A stretch of 21,589 bases of DNA from positions 1 to 21,589 of the forward strand of contig JANNWY010000097.1 of NCBI GenBank assembly GCA_031409335.1, read 5' to 3'. This DNA is from Chthoniobacteraceae bacterium. Lineage in GTDB: Bacteria > Verrucomicrobiota > Verrucomicrobiia > Chthoniobacterales > Chthoniobacteraceae. The translations under genes were made by a program, and so were the position numbers. Below, in pieces: positions 16,501 to 21,589 of this stretch (its first letter is position 1; each line of letters opens with the position of its first letter). Below the pieces are notes generated by a model. It searched no databases, was not told where the DNA came from, and worked only from the letters and a program-made list of their open reading frames with translations.

Positions 16501-18528
16501 TTACGCCGGCTGCTCGCTGAGGCCAGGCGGGAAGTCCATCGAGCCGCGTGGCCGATCTTCCTGCGGAAGAAGCGGCGGCGGTTCGGAGCGATTTGTTTTC
16601 GTCGGCGGAGCGGGCGGATTCCTCATCCCGCCGTGCTCGATGATGTCGCGAATCTGCGAGCCCTCGAGCGTTTCAAATTCGAGCAGCCCCTTCGCGATCA
16701 TTTCGAGTTTGTCGCGGTTTTTCGTGATGAGTTCCTTCGCCCGCGAATACGCGTCATCACACAGCTTCCGCACTTCGCGGTCGATCTCCTGCGCAGTCGC
16801 CTCGCTGTAGGCGCGCGAGCGATTGATGTCGCGACCGAGGAAGACGTGCTCCTGATGTTCGCCGTACTCGACCATGCCCATGCGCTCACTCATGCCCCAT
16901 TCGCACACCATTTTCCGCGCGATATTCGTGGCCTGCTGGATGTCGCCGCCAGCGCCAGTCGTCACGTCGCCAAAGATCAGCTCCTCCGCCACGCGCCCGC
17001 CCATGATGACGACGAGGTGGTCGAGCAATTCCTTGCGGCGGTTGGTGTATTTGTCGCCTTCCGGCAGATACATCGTCAGACCGAGCGCCGGGCCGCGCGG
17101 GATGATTGTCACCTTGTGTAGCGGGTCCATTTCCGGCATCAGGATGCACAGCAGCGCGTGGCCGGCTTCATGGTAAGCGGTATTCTCCTTCTCCTTGTCG
17201 CTCATCGCCAGACTGCGGCGCTCCTTGCCCCAGCGCACTTTGTCGCGCGCTTCCTCGAGCTCGGCGCGGGTGATCGCTTTGAGGTCTTTGCGGGCAGCGA
17301 TCAGCGCGGCCTCATTGATCACGTTGGCCAGTTCCGCACCGCTGTAGCCCGGCGTGCCGCGGGCGATGATGGAAAGGTCCACGTCCTCGGCGATCTTTAC
17401 CTTCTTGGAGTGAACGCGCAGGATTTCCTCGCGTCCGCGCACATCGGGAAGCGCGACCGTTACCTGACGATCGAAACGACCTGGGCGCAGCAGCGCGGGA
17501 TCGAGCACATCGGGACGATTCGTCGCGGCGATGATGATGACGCCCTCCTGCGTATCGAAGCCATCCATTTCCACGAGCAAGGCATTCAGCGTCTGTTCGC
17601 GCTCGTCGTGTCCGCCACCGAGACCGTGGCCGCGATGCCGGCCGACCGCGTCGATTTCGTCGATGAAAATCAAACAAGGCGCGGACTTTTTCCCCTGTTC
17701 GAACATATCGCGCACGCGGCTCGCGCCGACGCCCACGAACATTTCCACAAAGTCCGAACCGCTGATCGAGAAGAACGGCACATCGGCCTCACCCGCGATG
17801 GCGCGCGCCAGCAAAGTCTTGCCGGTGCCCGGCGAGCCGATCATCAGCACGCCTTTCGGGATGTGTCCGCCGAGCTTCTGAAATTTCTTCGGGTCTTTCA
17901 GGAATTCGACGATCTCGCTCACTTCCTCCTTTGCCTCCTCGACCCCGGCCACGTCCTTGAAGGTGATCTTGTTCTTGTCCCGCGCCAGCATCCGCGCCTT
18001 CGACTTGCCGAAATTCAGCGCGCCTTTTCCAGCCATGCGGATCTGCTGCCGGAAGAAGAAATAGAGCACCAGCAAGAAGAGCGCGATCGGCAGAAAGCCG
18101 ACGATCATCGAGGCCACGAGATTATTGTCCGCGCGCTCCTCCGGAACGATCTTCGCATCGGCGAGCGTTGCCTGGAGTGTCTGGTTGAACTTCAGATTCA
18201 CCTGCGTGCGAAATGGAATCAGGTCGTTCGGCGGCGCCTTGTCCGTGCGCAGCCAGCCGCGGATCGAGTCGGTGGCGCTGTTCGGCTCGGAAATCAATTC
18301 GATCGGCCGGTCCGCGCGGTCGCGCACGATCTTGTCCTCTTCGAGCATCCGTTTGAATTCGGGGAATGGCACTTCCTTGGCGCGGGCCATGTCGCTCTTA
18401 AACAAAATCGCGCCGCCAATGAGCGCGATCGCCACCGCGAACAGGACCACGCCGCGCCAGTTGAAATTTGGGTCCTGCGCAGGCGGCGGACGATTGCCAC
18501 GGGGCGGACGATTTTCGGATTGAGCCAT
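16501..18528 (-). CDS. ftsH: ATP-dependent zinc metalloprotease FtsH (675 aa)
   Basis: Two TM helices; [14 protein letters not shown]; Walker [23 protein letters not shown]; Walker [23 protein letters not shown]. Confidence 0.98.
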   Translation of the reverse strand: MAQSENRPPRGNRPPPAQDPNFNWRGVVLFAVAIALIGGAILFKSDMARAKEVPFPEFKRMLEEDKIVRDRADRPIELISEPNSATDSIRGWLRTDKAPPNDLIPFRTQVNLKFNQTLQATLADAKIVPEERADNNLVASMIVGFLPIALFLLVLYFFFRQQIRMAGKGALNFGKSKARMLARDKNKITFKDVAGVEEAKEEVSEIVEFLKDPKKFQKLGGHIPKGVLMIGSPGTGKTLLARAIAGEADVPFFSISGSDFVEMFVGVGASRVRDMFEQGKKSAPCLIFIDEIDAVGRHRGHGLGGGHDEREQTLNALLVEMDGFDTQEGVIIIAATNRPDVLDPALLRPGRFDRQVTVALPDVRGREEILRVHSKKVKIAEDVDLSIIARGTPGYSGAELANVINEAALIAARKDLKAITRAELEEARDKVRWGKERRSLAMSDKEKENTAYHEAGHALLCILMPEMDPLHKVTIIPRGPALGLTMYLPEGDKYTNRRKELLDHLVVIMGGRVAEELIFGDVTTGAGGDIQQATNIARKMVCEWGMSERMGMVEYGEHQEHVFLGRDINRSRAYSEATAQEIDREVRKLCDDAYSRAKELITKNRDKLEMIAKGLLEFETLEGSQIRDIIEHGGMRNPPAPPTKTNRSEPPPLLPQEDRPRGSMDFPPGLSEQPA

Positions 18529-18698
18529 AAGGATAGTTTTGCCGGAAGCAGAGCGGCCTCCAATGCAGTAACGCACTTGCGCTCGCATCAGACGCCAATA
18601 GAGCGCGGGAAATTAGAGGCTAGGCACGTTTGGTCAACCCGGATCGTTCTGCGCAGGCAGCTTGCCACGGCATCGCGCTGGCGTTTACCTCACCGGAC

Positions 18699-19436
18699 AT
18701 GCCGCTTTGCCCCGCGTTCATCGTCGCAGGAATGTTGTCGCTGTCTGCCTCGTGCGCCGCTGCGGCTGAGGAACGCTGCATCGTCATCGACGCCGGGCAT
18801 GGCGGGACGAGCGTGCTCGATGAAAGCAGCCCGAACAACGCCACCAGCGCGTCTGGCACAAAGGAGAAGGATCTCACGCTCGAATTGGCGCTCGCCGTTT
18901 TCACGGTCATCCGCGATTCACCCGCGGCGAAAAAGGCGCGCATCGTGCCAGTGCTCACGCGCACGGCGGATGTGAATGTCGGCATGGCGGATCGGGCGCG
19001 GGTCGCGCTTTCGCGGTCGGCGCGGGCGCTTGTGAGCATTCATTTTAACGCGAGCACGAACCACGCTTCGCGCGGGCCCCTCGGCATGGTGCAGGATGCG
19101 AATCATGGAAATCAGCAAGTCGCGCGGGATGGCGCTTACGCGAACCGGCTCGCAGATGCCGTCAGCAGCGTGACGCGGCGTTACGATTCGAAAAGTATGC
19201 GGCGCGATTTTATCACCGATCGTGAATTGAAGCAGGGCCGCGGCTCGTTTCTGTTCCGGCATTTGCGCGCCGATCCGCGCGGCCAGGGAATTCCCGCATG
19301 TTTTTTGGAGATCGAATTCATCGACAATCCGGAAGTCGAGGCGTGGCTGATTCGTGGCGAAAAGGGAAAGGCGATTCGCGCGGAGATCGCCACGGCACTG
19401 GCGGAGGCGCTGATCGAATACGTGGCGAAAGACTAA
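18699..19436 (+). CDS. N-acetylmuramoyl-L-alanine amidase (Amidase_3), single domain, exported (245 aa)
   Basis: IVIDAGHGG, EKDLTL, VLTRT, VSIHFNA, FLEIEFIDN; signal-like N-terminus. Confidence 0.92.
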   Translation: MPLCPAFIVAGMLSLSASCAAAAEERCIVIDAGHGGTSVLDESSPNNATSASGTKEKDLTLELALAVFTVIRDSPAAKKARIVPVLTRTADVNVGMADRARVALSRSARALVSIHFNASTNHASRGPLGMVQDANHGNQQVARDGAYANRLADAVSSVTRRYDSKSMRRDFITDRELKQGRGSFLFRHLRADPRGQGIPACFLEIEFIDNPEVEAWLIRGEKGKAIRAEIATALAEALIEYVAKD

Positions 19437-19498
19437 TCTTTAGCCACGGCAGTTTTATCTTACTCATTCACGCATTACTCCTTAATCATTTCCACCCC

Positions 19499-21088
19499 AT
19501 GCCACTCCACGGATTCAGCCTCATCGCCGGCGCGCTCGCGCAGCCAACCGCCACCACCTTTCGCGCCGCCAGTCCGCTCGACTCACAGCTTCTCGATCCC
19601 ACTTTTCACGAAGCCTCCGACGCCGAAGCCGATCGGGCGCTGCATCACGCGAATGAAGCGTTCACGCTTTTCCGCAAAGCCAGCGCCGAATCCCGCGCCG
19701 CGCTGCTCGAAGCCATCGCCGAGGAAATCCTCGCCATCGGCGACGAACTGCTGAACCGCGCGCACGTCGAAACCGGCCTGCCGCTCGATCGCCTCACCGG
19801 CGAACGCGGGCGCACCGTCGGCCAGCTCCGCCTTTTCGCCGGACTCGTCCGCGAAGGCTCGTGGTGCGACGCGCGCATCGACACTGCGCTGCCCGATCGC
19901 AAGCCAGTGCCGAAGCCCGATCTGCGCCGGATGCTCATCCCGCTCGGCCCCGTCGTCGTCTTCGGCGCGAGCAATTTTCCCCTCGCCTTCTCCGTCGCCG
20001 GTGGCGACACCGCGAGCGCCCTCGCCGCGGGCTGCCCCGTCATCGTGAAAGCGCATCCGGCCCATCCCGGCACTTCCGAATTCGTGGGCCTCGCCATCCA
20101 GCGCGCGATCGAAAAATGCGGCCTGCCCGCCGGCATTTTCTCCATGCTCCACGGCGGCACCGCCATCGGGCTCACGCTCGTCCGGCATCCGCTCACCCGC
20201 GCGGTTGGTTTCACCGGCTCGCGTGCGGGCGGCGTGGCGCTTTGGAAAGCTGCCAACGACCGGCCTGAACCGATCCCGGTTTTTGCGGAAATGAGCAGCC
20301 TCAATCCCATCTTCATCCTCCCCGGCGCGCTGCGCGAACGCCGCGCGCAAATCGTCGAGGGATTGAAAACTTCGGTCACGATGGGCGTCGGCCAGTTCTG
20401 CACAAAGCCAGGGCTCGTCTTCGGAGTCGGCGGCGGGGAGTTTGAAAATTTCGCGGAGCAATTTGGCCAGGCCATCGCGAGCGCCGCGCCCGGCACGATG
20501 CTGCACGCGGGCATCGCCAGCGCGTATCATCACGGGCTGGATCGCATGGAAAAAGTCCCCGGCGTCGTTGCTCTCGCGATGTCCGACACCGAACCCGTCG
20601 CGACGAAAACACACGGCGAGCCCGTCGTCTTCGCCACCGACGCGCACGATTTTCTCCAGCACCACGAGCTGCACCACGAAGTCTTCGGCCCATACACGCT
20701 GCTCGTCACCGCGGGCACGTGGACGGAACTCGAAGCCGCCGCGCGCAGCCTCGAAGGCCAGCTCACCGCCACACTTTTCGCGACCCCGGAAGATCTCGCC
20801 GCCGCGTCCGATCTCCTCGCCATTCTGGAAAAAAAAGCCGGTCGCTTGCTCCTGAATCAATTCCCCACCGGCGTCGAAGTCTGCCCCGCAATGCAGCACG
20901 GAGGCCCATTCCCAGCCACCACCGACTCGCGCTTCACCAGCGTCGGCACCGCCGCGATCGCGCGATTCGCCCGGCCAGTTTGTTACCAAAATTTCCCCGC
21001 CGACGCCCTCGCGCCCGAACTCCGCGACGAAAACCCGCGCGGCATCCTCCGCATCGTCAACGGCGAATCCACCCGCGCCGCGCAGTAG
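19499..21088 (+). CDS. NADP-dependent aldehyde dehydrogenase, alpha-ketoglutaric semialdehyde (2,5-dioxopentanoate) dehydrogenase-like (529 aa)
   Basis: PLGPVVVFGASNFPLAFSVAGGDTASALAAG, KAHPAHP, GFTGS, AEMSSLNP, GQFCTKPG, EVFGP, HGGPFPAT. Confidence 0.93.
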   Translation: MPLHGFSLIAGALAQPTATTFRAASPLDSQLLDPTFHEASDAEADRALHHANEAFTLFRKASAESRAALLEAIAEEILAIGDELLNRAHVETGLPLDRLTGERGRTVGQLRLFAGLVREGSWCDARIDTALPDRKPVPKPDLRRMLIPLGPVVVFGASNFPLAFSVAGGDTASALAAGCPVIVKAHPAHPGTSEFVGLAIQRAIEKCGLPAGIFSMLHGGTAIGLTLVRHPLTRAVGFTGSRAGGVALWKAANDRPEPIPVFAEMSSLNPIFILPGALRERRAQIVEGLKTSVTMGVGQFCTKPGLVFGVGGGEFENFAEQFGQAIASAAPGTMLHAGIASAYHHGLDRMEKVPGVVALAMSDTEPVATKTHGEPVVFATDAHDFLQHHELHHEVFGPYTLLVTAGTWTELEAAARSLEGQLTATLFATPEDLAAASDLLAILEKKAGRLLLNQFPTGVEVCPAMQHGGPFPATTDSRFTSVGTAAIARFARPVCYQNFPADALAPELRDENPRGILRIVNGESTRAAQ

Positions 21089-21121
21089 CCGCATCGCGCT
21101 GCGATTCGGGGAAGAATTTTC

Positions 21122-21149
21122 TTGAGCATGCGACCCGTGCAGCTATTTT
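21122..21149 (+). promoter_or_regulatory. Putative sigma70-type promoter of the tRNA
   Basis: TTGAGC-N16-TATTTT ending 16 nt before the tRNA. Confidence 0.4.
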
Positions 21150-21165
21150 GCCGGACTGTTCCTGA

Positions 21166-21241
21166 GGACCGTTAGCTCAATTGGCAGAGCAAGTGACTCT
21201 TAATCACTAGGTTGATGGTTCGATTCCATCACGGTCCACCA
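21166..21241 (+). tRNA. tRNA-Lys (anticodon CTT)
   Basis: 76 nt; acceptor GGACCGT/ACGGTCC; D arm GCTC...GAGC; anticodon arm AGTGA-CTCTTAA-TCACT; T arm GATGG-TTCGATT-CCATC; discriminator A and encoded CCA. Confidence 0.98.
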
Positions 21242-21292
21242 CTTCCTCTGGCTGGAGAGTGTTTGCGAAAGATAATCGCGGTGGCGAAACGC

Positions 21293-21308
21293 TGGCACTG
21301 ATGGTGCT
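21293..21308 (+). promoter_or_regulatory. Sigma54-like -24/-12 element
   Basis: TGGCAC-TGATG-GTGCT versus consensus TGGCAC-N5-TTGCW: one mismatch, exact spacing. Confidence 0.45.
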
Positions 21309-21324
21309 TATGGAGGTTCCCATT

Positions 21325-21453
21325 ATGAAATCCCGCAACGCTTCCACCTCCTCCAACAGCAACCTCGACGTTTCCCGCTTCGAACTTTTCCTCAACGTCT
21401 TCGTGCGCACACCCGCCCGCGGAGCCGGACGCCGCGCGCTGAGAAAACGCTAG
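21325..21453 (+). CDS. Candidate small protein (42 aa)
   Basis: GGAGGT 7 nt upstream of ATG; MKSRNASTSSNSNLDVSRFELFLNVFVRTPARGAGRRALRKR; no recognised family. Confidence 0.4.
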   Translation: MKSRNASTSSNSNLDVSRFELFLNVFVRTPARGAGRRALRKR

Positions 21454-21497
21454 CCCGACTTGGCGGATTCGCGGGCAGTTGAAAATATTTTGCGGCG

Positions 21498-21510
21498 CAA
21501 GTCGTTGATT
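21498..21510 (-). promoter_or_regulatory. IHF consensus-like site
   Basis: Minus strand AATCAA-CGAC-TTG matches WATCAA-N4-TTR exactly, in an AT-richer patch. Confidence 0.5.
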
Positions 21511-21589
21511 TTCAGCACAGGCATCCTCGGAAAACAGCCAAAAGTGGCTGTAGTGCAGACCTACCCTATTCACAGACCGCAAAAAATCG

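Noticed and set aside
18621..18682. Sigma54-like words upstream of the amidase (AGGCACGTTTGGTC; CGGCATCGCGCTGGC)
   Set aside because: The first lacks the -12 GC and the second matches little beyond the dinucleotides, as expected by chance in GC-rich DNA.
17158..18975. 605-aa + strand ORF (also the long shadows 758-1873, 7011-8387, 8631-10112, 19583-21094)
   Set aside because: Stop-poor antisense or alternate frames typical of high-GC genes, overlapping well-supported CDSs.
19437..19498. AT-rich spacer with recurring TTACTC/TTAATC words
   Set aside because: Too short and degenerate to call a repeat; probably the ALDH promoter/leader.
21166..21241. Functional link between tcdA and tRNA-Lys (a potential t6A37 substrate)
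   Set aside because: They are ~16 kb apart with unrelated genes between; proximity is probably coincidental.

Overview
GC-rich bacterial chromosomal window. Gene content (PEP-CTERM protein, Ala(-1) prepilins, ASPIC/UnbV protein, sulfatase, SpmAB fusion) suggests Verrucomicrobiota, perhaps Chthoniobacterales-like; this is inference only. Left to right: 5' part of a class III nucleotide cyclase-P-loop (STAND-type) ATPase gene that is missing from the ORF track; a REPIN-like 29-bp inverted repeat; an ASPIC/UnbV (CRTAC1-like) gene; a coupled operon of a tandem-redoxin protein, an Hsp33-like protein and tcdA; an 82-aa hypothetical; an intergenic long-range stem enclosing a G-rich loop; a glycosyltransferase-like gene with degenerate motifs plus an SpmA/B fusion; a sulfatase divergent from an SGNH hydrolase-MATE pair; a ~3.8 kb module with a PEP-CTERM gene divergent from an orphan three-gene PilV/PilW/PilX-like (GspI/J/K-like) minor-pilin cassette; ftsH; an Amidase_3; an alpha-ketoglutaric semialdehyde dehydrogenase-like ALDH; tRNA-Lys(CTT); and a downstream small ORF with sigma54-like and IHF-like sites. 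The best candidate for an undescribed system is the PEP-CTERM plus three-pilin tip cassette. All family assignments come from motif recognition by eye; no database searches were run.
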